From the NCBI GenBank assembly GCA_964645535.1, contig CAZYCQ010000019.1, forward strand, positions 1-50,217: a stretch of 50,217 nt of DNA, written 5' to 3'. The translations under genes were made by a program, and so were the position numbers. Source of the DNA: an uncultured archaeon (GTDB lineage Archaea; Asgardarchaeota; Heimdallarchaeia; Heimdallarchaeales; Kariarchaeaceae). Of the stretch, positions 9,127-18,980 are shown piece after piece. The notes under the pieces were generated by a model. The model did no database searches. It was not told the origin of the DNA and was given only the letters and a program-made list of their open reading frames with translations. How positions within the stretch are numbered: the first letter of the stretch is position 1; each line of letters starts with the position of its first letter.

Positions 9127-11952
9127 ATGAAACGCGTCTTCCTTTTTGGAGAAATTGAACCTGATAAGGCACTGCTTGGCGGCAAAGGTGCGTCACTTGC
9201 AACCATGACCCGTTTGGGTCTGCCGGTTCCACCGGGATTCACCATTACCGCACCAACCTGCATGGAATATCTCCGCAACAACAACACCTTTCCAGAAGGA
9301 CTTTGGAATGAAGTTCTGGAAGCCATGAAACAAGTCGAGAAAAAGATGGATCGTAAATTCGGTGACTTGGAGTTTCCATTACTTGTTTCTGTCAGATCTG
9401 GTGCCAAAATAAGCATGCCTGGAATGATGGATACTGTCCTTAACGTAGGTCTTACCCAAGAAATGTTGGAACCATTCGGCAAACGAATTGGCAATCCAAA
9501 ATTTGTCAAGGACAGCTTTCGTAGACTTATTTTCATGTTTGCTGATGTGGTTTGCGGCTTGGATACGGAACCCTTTTCGGAAATACTGGATCGCGAGAAA
9601 AAAGAAACAGGTGCCGAATATGACTATCAACTCACAGAAAAAAGTCTGGATAGGGTCATTGAACGGTATCTCGAACTGTTCAAAGAGAAATTCGGTGAAC
9701 CCTTTCCGTCTGATCCGTACCGTCAGCTAGAACTGGCCATCCACGCTGTTTTCAAATCATGGAATAACAAACGTGCCATCAACTACCGAAAATTCGAGGG
9801 TATTCCTGATGATATAGGTACCGCAGTTAATGTTCAAAGCATGGCATTTGGAAATCTAGATGAACGGAGCGGAACTGGCGTTCTATTCACACGAAATCCC
9901 GCTTCCGGAGTGGATGAGATCTATGGTGAATTTCTGCTTCAGGCTCAAGGAGAGGATGTGGTGGCAGGAATCAGGACTCCTTTTCCCATCAGTAAACTCA
10001 AGGAACTCATGCCCGAAATTTATGAGCAGTTGCAAACCTATGCAAAAACCCTTGAACGGCACTATCGGGATATGCAGGACATTGAATTCACCATCGAAAG
10101 CGGGAAGCTCTTTATCCTCCAAACTCGTGCAGGAAAGAGAACAGGCACTGCTTCTGCCAAAATTGCTGTGGATCTTGTCAATGAAGGTCTGATTGCAAGG
10201 GAAGAAGCTGTAATGAGGGTTTCGCCAAGGGATGTTGAATCCAGTATGTTCCCAAGCGTTGTCTGGGAAAACCCCAAAAAACATCTATATTATGATATTC
10301 CCGATTTTGATGAGCAGATTCACAAGAAACCCCTCACCGAGGTCATCAAGGATGCTCCGACCAAAAAGGCAACCGTCATCGGTTCTGGATTGCCTGCTGG
10401 TCCCGGTGCCGCGGCTGGTCATATCGTCTTTGATTCGGACTTGGCTGAGGAAATTGTGAAAGGAGAAACCCAACCTTCGTTTGAGGTCAAGGTCTGGAGA
10501 GAAACTGGTGGCAAGAAGGTTCCTAGCCTAATTCTCGTCAAAAAAGAAACATCTCCTGAGGACTTCCATGGAATGGTAGCTTCAGCAGGCATCATCACAA
10601 TGACCGGGGGATTGACTTCCCATGCCGCCTTGGTCGGAAGGCAGATCGGCAAACGTGTAATTGTCGGAGCCAGCAATTCAGGCATCGACCTGCTCGGCAA
10701 GAAACTACGAACAAAGTCTGGACTAGTACTCAATGAAGGTGACATCGTTTCGATGGAAGTCTTTGACAAAGCCGAAATCTTCAGGGAAAAGCTGCCGATC
10801 TATACCCCCACCGAACTCCCCCAAGAAATTCTGACAGTCCTTGAATGGGCTGATGAATTTGCAAAAATCAAGGTGCGGGCAAACGCTGACAAGGAAAAGG
10901 ATGCACTGACTGCCAAAGAATTCAATGCTCAGGGTATCGGTCTGGCAAGAACAGAACACCAATTCTTCGATGCATTGGATCTTGTCCAAGAGATGATCCT
11001 TTCAGAAACAAAGGAAGAACGGCTTGAAGCTCTCAATAAGATGATCGGACTTCAGAGGGAAGACTTCACCAAATTGTTCCGCGTACTTCATGGACTGCCT
11101 GTCACCATCAGGTTGCTTGACCCTCCCCTCCATGAATTCCTGCCAAAAGAATTGGAGATCAGGGAACGGATTTGGCAACAGATCCTCAACCCTGAACAAT
11201 CGGCCAGAAACATCAAAATCCTCCGAAAGGTTCTCTACTACCAAGAGGCAAATCCAATGCTTGGTCTGCGAGGATGTAGACTGGGATTGCTCTTCCCCGA
11301 AATAACCGAAATGCAGACACGAGCTATTATCGAAGCTGCATTGCAGGTCAAAAAGGAGGGAATCGAAGTCCATCCCGAAATCATGATCCCATTGGTCGGC
11401 TTCAAGGAAGAATTCCTCCTCTCACGAGAGATTGTCGACCGTACGGCTGAAAAAGTATTCCAGGAATGGAATGACCGTATCGAATACAAGGTGGGAACAA
11501 TGATCGAAATCCCAAGGGCTGCCTTGACCGCTGATGAAATTGCGGAAGGGAAATTAGGAGCTGACTTCTTCTCATTCGGAACCAACGACCTTCATCAGAT
11601 GACTCTCGGTTTTTCAAGAGATGATGTCGGAAAATTCCTCCCCTTCTACCTAGAAGAAGGCATCATCAAGAAGGATCCGTTCCAGACCATTGATGTCCAT
11701 GGAGTCGGCAAGCTTATGGACATGTGTGTCTCCCTCGGACGAGGCAGTTCCCAAAAAGCTGGAAAGTATCTGAAAGTTGGAATCTGTGGAGAACAGGGAG
11801 GCGACCCCGATTCCATCGATTTCTGCTATAGGATTGGCCTAGATTATGTATCCTGTTCCCCATACCGGGTTCCCGTAGCTCGTTTGGCTGCTGCTCAAGC
11901 AACACTGAGAAATCCTGAACCTGATGCAAAATTCGGTAAGAAAACTGATTGA
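9127..11952 (+). CDS. ppdK: Pyruvate, phosphate dikinase
   Basis: LLGGKGASL, LPVPPGFTI, SVRSGAKISMPGMMDTVLN, QGEDVVAG, phospho-His motif GGLTSHAA, GLARTEH, SFGTNDL, GICGEQGGDP. Confidence 0.97.
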   Translation: MKRVFLFGEIEPDKALLGGKGASLATMTRLGLPVPPGFTITAPTCMEYLRNNNTFPEGLWNEVLEAMKQVEKKMDRKFGDLEFPLLVSVRSGAKISMPGMMDTVLNVGLTQEMLEPFGKRIGNPKFVKDSFRRLIFMFADVVCGLDTEPFSEILDREKKETGAEYDYQLTEKSLDRVIERYLELFKEKFGEPFPSDPYRQLELAIHAVFKSWNNKRAINYRKFEGIPDDIGTAVNVQSMAFGNLDERSGTGVLFTRNPASGVDEIYGEFLLQAQGEDVVAGIRTPFPISKLKELMPEIYEQLQTYAKTLERHYRDMQDIEFTIESGKLFILQTRAGKRTGTASAKIAVDLVNEGLIAREEAVMRVSPRDVESSMFPSVVWENPKKHLYYDIPDFDEQIHKKPLTEVIKDAPTKKATVIGSGLPAGPGAAAGHIVFDSDLAEEIVKGETQPSFEVKVWRETGGKKVPSLILVKKETSPEDFHGMVASAGIITMTGGLTSHAALVGRQIGKRVIVGASNSGIDLLGKKLRTKSGLVLNEGDIVSMEVFDKAEIFREKLPIYTPTELPQEILTVLEWADEFAKIKVRANADKEKDALTAKEFNAQGIGLARTEHQFFDALDLVQEMILSETKEERLEALNKMIGLQREDFTKLFRVLHGLPVTIRLLDPPLHEFLPKELEIRERIWQQILNPEQSARNIKILRKVLYYQEANPMLGLRGCRLGLLFPEITEMQTRAIIEAALQVKKEGIEVHPEIMIPLVGFKEEFLLSREIVDRTAEKVFQEWNDRIEYKVGTMIEIPRAALTADEIAEGKLGADFFSFGTNDLHQMTLGFSRDDVGKFLPFYLEEGIIKKDPFQTIDVHGVGKLMDMCVSLGRGSSQKAGKYLKVGICGEQGGDPDSIDFCYRIGLDYVSCSPYRVPVARLAAAQATLRNPEPDAKFGKKTD

Positions 11953-12062
11953 GAATATTCCGTCAAAATTCCTATATGATTTGAATTCAATTCCTGCTCA
12001 TTTTCTGTGGCTTCCCTCTATTAATTGGAATAGATTTATCTAATGGACATTTTAATCAACAT

Positions 12063-13646
12063 ATGGTCATTCTGACCAATGTCAAGCTCTTCAATCCTGA
12101 AACCCTCCAGTTCGAACAATGGAAGGAAATCTCCATTGAGGATGGCTTGATCAAGTCAATGCGGCAGGAAATGACGGAAAATGACACGAATGCCATTGAT
12201 TGCAAGGGTTTGTTCGTTCTTCCAGGTCTCATTGATGCCCACATCCATTTCTTCCAAAGTGGAGGGCTATACACCCGACCGGATGTCATTGACCTTCGAA
12301 ATCTCAAAACCTATCAGGATGAACAACGTTGGATACGTGACAACCTCGACGATACCTTCAAAAGGTACTTGGCTTCCGGTGTGACTGCCGTGGTGGATTG
12401 CGGTGGCCCCTTCTGGAACTTTGAGGTACGTGACACATCCATGCAGACCAATGCCCCTCTGACCGCCGTCACAGGGCCACTCATCTCAACAGTCAGCAGA
12501 GACCAGCTGGATCTGGGAGACCCCCCCATCATTCAAACAGAAACCCCTGAAGAGGCTATCGATCTTGTTACACGGATTGCATCGCATATTCCCGTATTCA
12601 TCAAGATCTGGTTCATCTATAGACCCGAAAAATTTGATGAGGATGCCGATATTGTCAAGACAACCATCCAAGAGGCACATCGTCTCGGGATCAGGGTCGC
12701 TGTCCATGCAACCGAACTGCAAACCGCAAAGGTCGCTGTCAGGCAGGGGGCAGACATCCTTGTCCATAGTGTATTTGATACACTGGTTGACGATGAATTC
12801 ATCGAAATGATGGTCAAAAACAAGGTCATCTACATCCCTACCCTCATTGTCCGCACCGGCTACCGGGATGTCCTCTCCAAGACTCCCATGATCTCCCTGT
12901 TCGAGGAAAGATGGGGAAATCCAGATGTCATCTCCTCTTGGTTTGACATGTTTGACCAAGATGCAGTCGAAAGAGCACCGATCTCCTCCATAGGTCAACA
13001 AAACCTTGAAAGACTTGCCCAAGCAGGCGCCATTATTGCAACCGGCACCGATGCAGGAAATATAGGAACTTTGCATGGTCCATCCATCCACCGGGAAATG
13101 GAAGAGATGGTGAGAGCAGGAATGACCCCTGCCCAAGTCCTGCAAGCAACAACCCTCAATGCCGCTAAGGTATTTGGAGACCCCTCCCTCGGGAAAATCA
13201 TCCCCGGATCTCCTGCAAATCTCCTTATTCTCTCAAGAAATCCGTTGAACGACATATCCGCTACCACTTCCATCAAATACGTCATCTCAAAGGGAACACT
13301 TTACAGACCTGAACAGTTGATCCATCCAAATGTTCCAGAATGGGTAATAGACCAGTTCTACATCGCAATAAATTCTCCGGGACTGGTAGATCTCAAGGAT
13401 GTTCTCCACCCTGAGATTACCCTATACAAAATGAATTCCGACAAAATTCTTGCCCAAGGGTCTTCTGAAGTTTCGGACGTCCTGCATGATATTTTCGGCA
13501 AGAACGGAAGAGTCACCCTCCATTCACGGATTCCCCTGAAAAACATGATCATGGACAAGGTATATCCCATCACCAACCCCATGACCCCCATGAGCATCTA
13601 TTATGAGATAAGGCTACTCAGAATCAGCGCCATTTGGATACAATAA
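12063..13646 (+). CDS. Metal-dependent amidohydrolase with a C-terminal SnoaL/NTF2-like domain
   Basis: PGLIDAHIH, VAVHAT, LVHS, ATGTDAG, GKIIPGSPANLLIL; the last ~105 aa resemble a degenerate SnoaL fold. Confidence 0.85.
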   Translation: MVILTNVKLFNPETLQFEQWKEISIEDGLIKSMRQEMTENDTNAIDCKGLFVLPGLIDAHIHFFQSGGLYTRPDVIDLRNLKTYQDEQRWIRDNLDDTFKRYLASGVTAVVDCGGPFWNFEVRDTSMQTNAPLTAVTGPLISTVSRDQLDLGDPPIIQTETPEEAIDLVTRIASHIPVFIKIWFIYRPEKFDEDADIVKTTIQEAHRLGIRVAVHATELQTAKVAVRQGADILVHSVFDTLVDDEFIEMMVKNKVIYIPTLIVRTGYRDVLSKTPMISLFEERWGNPDVISSWFDMFDQDAVERAPISSIGQQNLERLAQAGAIIATGTDAGNIGTLHGPSIHREMEEMVRAGMTPAQVLQATTLNAAKVFGDPSLGKIIPGSPANLLILSRNPLNDISATTSIKYVISKGTLYRPEQLIHPNVPEWVIDQFYIAINSPGLVDLKDVLHPEITLYKMNSDKILAQGSSEVSDVLHDIFGKNGRVTLHSRIPLKNMIMDKVYPITNPMTPMSIYYEIRLLRISAIWIQ

Positions 13647-13649
13647 ATC

Positions 13650-14345
13650 CTATTCCTCCCTTTCCAACTCTTCCTCTTCCAGTTTCTCCGAAACCGGTCC
13701 GAAAAGATCTGCTTCAAGCATGTCCGAGCTTTCCTCAATCCCATTCTCCTCACTGCTGGATGTCATCCCTTCTGAATGGATCGTTGAGGTCATCAGGTTC
13801 CTGACCATGTCATATTCTGGTTCGCTCGATTCAAACAATGCAAATCCTTCCAAACGATCCGGCGTAAGAAATGAGTTGAAGGAATTGACCACCTTCTCAC
13901 TGGGAAGCTCCAACGCAAATCCTATGGTTTCACTCAGGACATTCCGACAGGCTGTGAACAGGGGAACCAATCCCTCATCCTTAGATCCCAGCACCATGAT
14001 GTTGACCTTCCCGTCCAATGCAAGATCATACACCTCCAGCAGGAAACTCAACTCAAAAAAAGTCTTGGGAAATACCTTCACCGAAAATCCTGCCCGTTGA
14101 ATCACGTCAAGCTCCGCTGCCTTCATCTGACGAGGGGAAATTATCAATGCCACCTTGACCTGACCCATCTCCGAAAATTTCTGACGTAGACTGTCCAAGA
14201 CATTCAGGTTGACCTGACCCTTCTCTTCCAGAACCCCCAAATCTAGTACAATCCCGATACGGGGTTTGCGGGTCAACATCCCCAAAAGATCAGTCAGGTA
14301 TTCTGTCACTGGGTCGGCCTCATATCCCTTTCCTCTCCTGAGCAC
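13650..14345 (-). CDS. NYN/LabA-like PIN-fold protein (degenerate) with an acidic tail
   Basis: RIGIVLD...G.VKVA...IQRAGF...MVLGSKDEGLVPLF...ETIGFA follows the archaeal NYN-domain pattern; E-rich C-terminus; GTG start. Confidence 0.55.
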   Translation of the reverse strand: MLRRGKGYEADPVTEYLTDLLGMLTRKPRIGIVLDLGVLEEKGQVNLNVLDSLRQKFSEMGQVKVALIISPRQMKAAELDVIQRAGFSVKVFPKTFFELSFLLEVYDLALDGKVNIMVLGSKDEGLVPLFTACRNVLSETIGFALELPSEKVVNSFNSFLTPDRLEGFALFESSEPEYDMVRNLMTSTIHSEGMTSSSEENGIEESSDMLEADLFGPVSEKLEEEELEREE

Positions 14346-14496
14346 TTAATCTTTTTGAACAAAAAGCAGAAAATCAGAACATCCTGCGAGTGCCTAGAAA
14401 CAGAAATACAGGCATCATCCTTTTTGTAGTGAGAATTTAGATTCAGTCGACCGCAAATCGAAAATTTAATCTACTGAAAATGTCCTTCCATTTCCT

Positions 14497-14979
14497 GTGA
14501 ATGAACCCGCTCCACTCCGCAACCCCCCACAAACAGGTCCCATCGGAAGAACCGGAAGGGCTGTCATGGGCATCCTTTTCCTTGCAATAACTCTCAGGGT
14601 GTTCCTTGTGAGCACCAGGGACTTCCTGGCCGATGCCCTCGCCTCTGCTGTCGCTTTCCTCGGGATTTTCATCGTCTACTACGCCCTGCATAGGCTGATT
14701 GAATCCGGACGGGTCACTCTGAACGGCTTTTCCGCCGCAGTTCTGGCAAACGGAATTGTGGGATCGACAATGGGACTTGGCTATTTCCTTCAAAATCTTC
14801 CTCTCTTCATCGGATCAACCCTTTACATCGGCATCACCCTTCTCATTTCCAGCTACAGAAAATATCCCGGATGCGAAGTCATGTCACTCCCCGCCCTCCT
14901 GACAAGAAAGCATACCTCCCTGCCATGCCTCGTCTTTTCCCAAATCGACAAATGGGAAAATGCGCATAGCAACGACTAA
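14497..14979 (+). CDS. Hypothetical membrane protein (about 4 TM, C-terminal GCEV...PC motif; DUF6410-like)
   Basis: Hydrophobic helices, then YPGCEVMSLPALL...LPCLVFSQID. Confidence 0.65.
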   Translation: MNEPAPLRNPPQTGPIGRTGRAVMGILFLAITLRVFLVSTRDFLADALASAVAFLGIFIVYYALHRLIESGRVTLNGFSAAVLANGIVGSTMGLGYFLQNLPLFIGSTLYIGITLLISSYRKYPGCEVMSLPALLTRKHTSLPCLVFSQIDKWENAHSND

Positions 14980-15068
14980 ACGAAAATTACTATCATCCAT
15001 TTCATGAAACAAAAATACTCAAACAAACTGTTCCGTTTTCTCAGTTAGATGGATTTGTGTTATTCATT

Positions 15069-15581
15069 TCAAATGTCATTAAGATCAAAAAACAATGTTA
15101 CATATTTTTTTGTTTGATCACATTTTTCAAAACCAAACTTCTCATAATATTTAATTAATTTATGATTCGGTTCCCCATTTTTATGTCGTACTTGAACAAC
15201 AACAATTCGACATCCTATTTTCTCTTTCTCCTCATTTGCCAATTTTATTATGTGACCAATTAGCATTTTTGCAACTTTCTTTTGTTTTGCCTCTTCTGAA
15301 TCATTGACTGCAATTTTACCAAGTAAGACCGCAGGAATTTTGAATTTCTTGGCGAAAATATCAATTTTGAATGCATTCATGCTTGCAGTTGCAAATCCTA
15401 AAACATCTGTGCCATCAACATATTCATATACCACTGAAAAATTTTTTTTCATATTGTTCCAAGCTTCATTTCTATACCATTGATTAAAATCATCATCACG
15501 GCTAAAAATTCCTTTTTTAGGAAATCCCTGCATTTTCCTGATCAAAATTATCCCCTTCAGTCTGAAATTATCTCCTGCCAA
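15069..15581 (-). CDS. GNAT acetyltransferase, type II toxin-like
   Basis: FSRDDDFNQWYRNEA, VLGFAT, PAVLLGKIAVN, GCRIVVV, YYEKFGF resemble AtaT/TacT-type GNAT toxins; AT-rich; exact start uncertain. Confidence 0.75.
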   Translation of the reverse strand: MAGDNFRLKGIILIRKMQGFPKKGIFSRDDDFNQWYRNEAWNNMKKNFSVVYEYVDGTDVLGFATASMNAFKIDIFAKKFKIPAVLLGKIAVNDSEEAKQKKVAKMLIGHIIKLANEEKEKIGCRIVVVQVRHKNGEPNHKLIKYYEKFGFEKCDQTKKYVTLFFDLNDI

Positions 15582-15940
15582 AATTTTATTCTCCGTTTCT
15601 TCATCTCCGGATCTGGATTTTCTAGCTTTCTGAGAAATTCTTCTGCCTTTTTGCCTTTCACTTCAAGATTGTCATCATCTTCTGACCATGCAAATATCTC
15701 CATGTGATCCTCATTTGAAGTATCAGAATGCAAAAAAGCTAATGCAGCTGGCATATTGGACTTTGACCGAACCTCACTTGAAGCAACTCTTTTTTCTAAA
15801 ATTGATTGAATGATGGACGGATAATCTTTGAAATTTTCATTATCTTTACTCTTGCTCCTTCTGGTGAGGGGAAATTGAAATGAATCAGCGTATAGATTTC
15901 CTGTACCTGATGTAGTGTAGACAGTATCCAAATTAATCAT
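15557..15940 (-). CDS. Hypothetical protein, putative antitoxin
   Basis: ATG 15940 preceded by GGAG; overlaps both neighbours; C-terminal VKGKKAEEFLRKLENP resembles the toxin-binding tail of DUF1778-type antitoxins. Confidence 0.5.
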   Translation of the reverse strand: MINLDTVYTTSGTGNLYADSFQFPLTRRSKSKDNENFKDYPSIIQSILEKRVASSEVRSKSNMPAALAFLHSDTSNEDHMEIFAWSEDDDNLEVKGKKAEEFLRKLENPDPEMKKRRIKFWQEIISD

Positions 15941-16400
15941 TTGAAACTCCTCCCAATCTACTTTGAATGATTTGTCTTGCAAGAACTGATGATTTCATAA
16001 CTTTGTTCAGCGTTGACATAAAACGACCAAGACCAAATTCATCCGCGTAGACATGTGAAACGATGCTATATCTATTATCTCCTTTCTCTCCTGTAAAATG
16101 GAGAAACAATTTCGGTTCTCGAGGAGTGACCCACATAAAAATTTCAGCCAATAGCTCTTGCTGTTTAGACTTTGACATTGATAGGTATACCTTCTCATGT
16201 TCACTGGATAATTGCACATTGCTGACAATATCTATCCTATGAGGAAAAGACTGGATGATCAATATTAGTAAATTCGTAATTGGATCCCTAAATGACAAGG
16301 CAAATTGAATTTCATCTGTAATGTCTTTTTCTTCTTGCCATACATACCCCTCCAAATCCAAAAATGCCTTGACCTGATTCTTTGCATCCTTTATATTCAT
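15933..16400 (-). CDS. Hypothetical protein, DUF2299/YbjN-like chaperone fold (tentative)
   Basis: About 155 aa; alpha/beta pattern VKAFLDLEGY...IYADEFGLGRFMSTLNKV-like; first gene of a three-gene overlapping operon. Confidence 0.5.
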   Translation of the reverse strand: MNIKDAKNQVKAFLDLEGYVWQEEKDITDEIQFALSFRDPITNLLILIIQSFPHRIDIVSNVQLSSEHEKVYLSMSKSKQQELLAEIFMWVTPREPKLFLHFTGEKGDNRYSIVSHVYADEFGLGRFMSTLNKVMKSSVLARQIIQSRLGGVSND

Positions 16401-16857
16401 TCCCTTCAAAAACTCTTAACACCAGAAAATATTTTAATTGTACTATTTCAACGTAATTAAAAAGTACTATATGAAAAATTGGGTAATTTCAACAATGGAC
16501 AAAAAAGATACCGACAACCAAGCATTCCTTACAATTTTGAACCTTTGAGTCTGATATCCATCTGCTGGTTCAAACCAAAACCCATGAAAAAAATTCGAGG
16601 AAATTATGCCTTTTAAATGGAAAATAGTTGTGTTTCACCTATGCCAAGTTCAAAAACCACAATAATTAAGATACAAGGACAGGTCGTCCGAAACTCGATT
16701 GGAACCCTTAAGGAAAGTGGACTCGTGAAAGGATCGAGCTGATCTGCTCCTGATCAAAGGCATCTTCTGACAGGATTTGTCCCCCTCATTCGGAAGGCAG
16801 GAGCGGTCTCAACGGGATGCGCCAAACTCGACGCCCTTCGCGTGGTGTTCAAGAACA

Positions 16858-17517
16858 ATGCATACTGACAAAGCAGTTGCCAAAACAAAGGAAATTTCTC
16901 AAACCTTAAGCAATTCTGTTGAACCCTCGGACATGCCGTTCTCTCTAAATGGAACGACAAGACGGAAATGCCTGCTTTATATGGTCTCTTCCTTCGAAAC
17001 ACAAGATATCGACATTACTGGTAAAATTCAGTTGAATAAACTGACAAGGAATAGTTTATTGAAATCTGGATTGTATACTGAAGAATCTCTTAAGGGACTC
17101 AAATCAATCTCTGTTGAACAGATCATACATCGAAGGATGAGTGTCCTGTACCAATCAACAAACGGCTTAACCTTAGATCAGTTCGTCAATGATGCAAAAT
17201 TTCAGATATTCTTCGGCACAAAGGATCGGGAAAGGATGAGTAAATTCTTTGAAATAATTGGTCGTACCAAACCTGATCAGATTGCCAAAATTGGGGATCT
17301 CTCTACCCTTATCAATATGAAACCAAACGAGGTCATGGCCTTCAAGCCCGCATCCTTTTCCACAAAGGAAGCTGAACTGCTGCAAGGATTCTTTGCACAA
17401 TTCTTTGAAAGGGAAATCGGTCCGATGCTCTACCTTAAAGGATCCCATACATTACCTCTTTACCGCTTTAATTTCCCAAAATACTGGATTCACATCAGAA
17501 ACCGATCCCATACTTGA
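16858..17517 (+). CDS. Hypothetical protein (possibly the N-terminal part of a frameshifted gene)
   Basis: Open frame 16777-17517; ATG candidates at 16858 and 16981; no recognisable motif. Confidence 0.45.
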   Translation: MHTDKAVAKTKEISQTLSNSVEPSDMPFSLNGTTRRKCLLYMVSSFETQDIDITGKIQLNKLTRNSLLKSGLYTEESLKGLKSISVEQIIHRRMSVLYQSTNGLTLDQFVNDAKFQIFFGTKDRERMSKFFEIIGRTKPDQIAKIGDLSTLINMKPNEVMAFKPASFSTKEAELLQGFFAQFFEREIGPMLYLKGSHTLPLYRFNFPKYWIHIRNRSHT

Positions 17518-18980
17518 TTCATTCCAATTCACCTTTACCCAGCAGAATGAACAACCTACTGAAGAGATATTCCGAAAAATTCGGTAGCACCCTTTCAACT
17601 CCAATTGAAAAAATAATTCAGACCGCCTATGGTACCGCATTGGCACAAATAATCCATAACTGCATGAAAATCGATCCTCTTTCTTATGGAAGCGATGTGA
17701 TGGTTGTTATCTTGAAAAAGCCATTCCGAACTGGTTCAACCGAGAAAATTATCAATGGCATTTTCCTTGATATTCAACGTCCATATAGTGAAACAGGTAT
17801 TTATAAGGCCAACATGTTTGATTTTTCAACAAAATGGGTCTCGAACGACATAGGGAATTCAAATGCACAAACAAACTGGCTGAAAGCGCTTGAAAATTTG
17901 GACGAAATGTTTCAGGATAATATAGGGAAACTGGCAAAAACGTACAATGAAATGGTCTATTTCTCTGACAAGAAAGCCAGAATTGGTGCATTCATAAATC
18001 CGATCTGGGATATGCTGGACGAGCCATCCAAAACTGAGGTAATGAGAATTGCGAAGGAACATGCCGATGAAGTCTCAAATCAGTTGAAAAACGGATGCCT
18101 TCCAAATCCGGACAGTTGGCCATGCAACATCGCATATACTGGTTATCATCTCTCTGTCGGAAATTGGGACAAGAAAATAAGATCTGGAAACGAGCTCCCA
18201 TCCAATTTCAGATTTGAGGTCAAGGAAGAAAATGTCATGCTTTGGTACCTTGATTATATCATGCATAATCCAAACAGGCAAGTGGATCTCAATATAGTGA
18301 ACAGTCCAGAAAATGTCCAATTGGTCAAAATCTTGACGTTGAACCCCAACAGGGATAGAACCTTCAAGCTGAGCGAAGTGATTGTCTATCACAGGCAGGA
18401 CAAATATACGCAAGCAATTAAACAACTGATCTACGAAAACCAGGAAGGCATTGCACGATTCTTGGGCATCTTGGAACAAAAGGCAAGAACTGTGAATGCG
18501 GATGCAGTCAAAATATTTGAAAGGGCATTCAGCAATTTAAAGTATTATTCAAAACCTACTTTTTTCCCTTTTAGTGACGCAGAAGGACTGTTGCCAAAAC
18601 ACATGGCATCCCATGTAATCCCACCAAATGCTGTCAAAACACCTTCTGGAAATTATGTCTTCTTTGAAGGAATAAGTGAAAACCATGCATACATCCCTTC
18701 AATCATCGACCAAGAGGAATATGACAGAATTCTTCAAATCTTGCAGATTGAGGATGCCGCCGAAATATACAAGAACCTCAAAAGACAGCTTACAAACACC
18801 TATAATGATATTGATTCTTTCGTACAAAAAATGACACAACATACAAAGCAGAACTTTATTGACTTCATCGATGATCAGGTGGATAAGTTCATTGAAGAGT
18901 TCAACAATGTCAAAGGAGGCATTTCAACCATGCTCAAAAACATGAGAAGGTTGATCACAAATATTATGGAAAAGTTGTAA
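17514..18980 (+). CDS. Hypothetical protein (possibly the C-terminal part of a frameshifted gene)
   Basis: 488-codon ORF; its frame is open from 17472; weak own start (TTG 17514 or ATG 17547) with no clear RBS. Confidence 0.65.
   Translation: MIHSNSPLPSRMNNLLKRYSEKFGSTLSTPIEKIIQTAYGTALAQIIHNCMKIDPLSYGSDVMVVILKKPFRTGSTEKIINGIFLDIQRPYSETGIYKANMFDFSTKWVSNDIGNSNAQTNWLKALENLDEMFQDNIGKLAKTYNEMVYFSDKKARIGAFINPIWDMLDEPSKTEVMRIAKEHADEVSNQLKNGCLPNPDSWPCNIAYTGYHLSVGNWDKKIRSGNELPSNFRFEVKEENVMLWYLDYIMHNPNRQVDLNIVNSPENVQLVKILTLNPNRDRTFKLSEVIVYHRQDKYTQAIKQLIYENQEGIARFLGILEQKARTVNADAVKIFERAFSNLKYYSKPTFFPFSDAEGLLPKHMASHVIPPNAVKTPSGNYVFFEGISENHAYIPSIIDQEEYDRILQILQIEDAAEIYKNLKRQLTNTYNDIDSFVQKMTQHTKQNFIDFIDDQVDKFIEEFNNVKGGISTMLKNMRRLITNIMEKL

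Noticed and set aside
16677-16985. Resemblance to RNase P RNA (AGGAAAGT), SRP helix 8 (CGGAAGG) or a hammerhead ribozyme (GAAAC, CTGA)
   Set aside because: Each motif is only partial: no GAGGAAAGUCC/P4 partner, no SRP symmetric loop and no CUGANGA core.
16641-17024. Selenocysteine or stop-codon reassignment as an explanation of the three in-frame TGAs
   Set aside because: TGA is used as a normal stop throughout the window, and neither a selenoprotein motif nor a SECIS-like element was seen.
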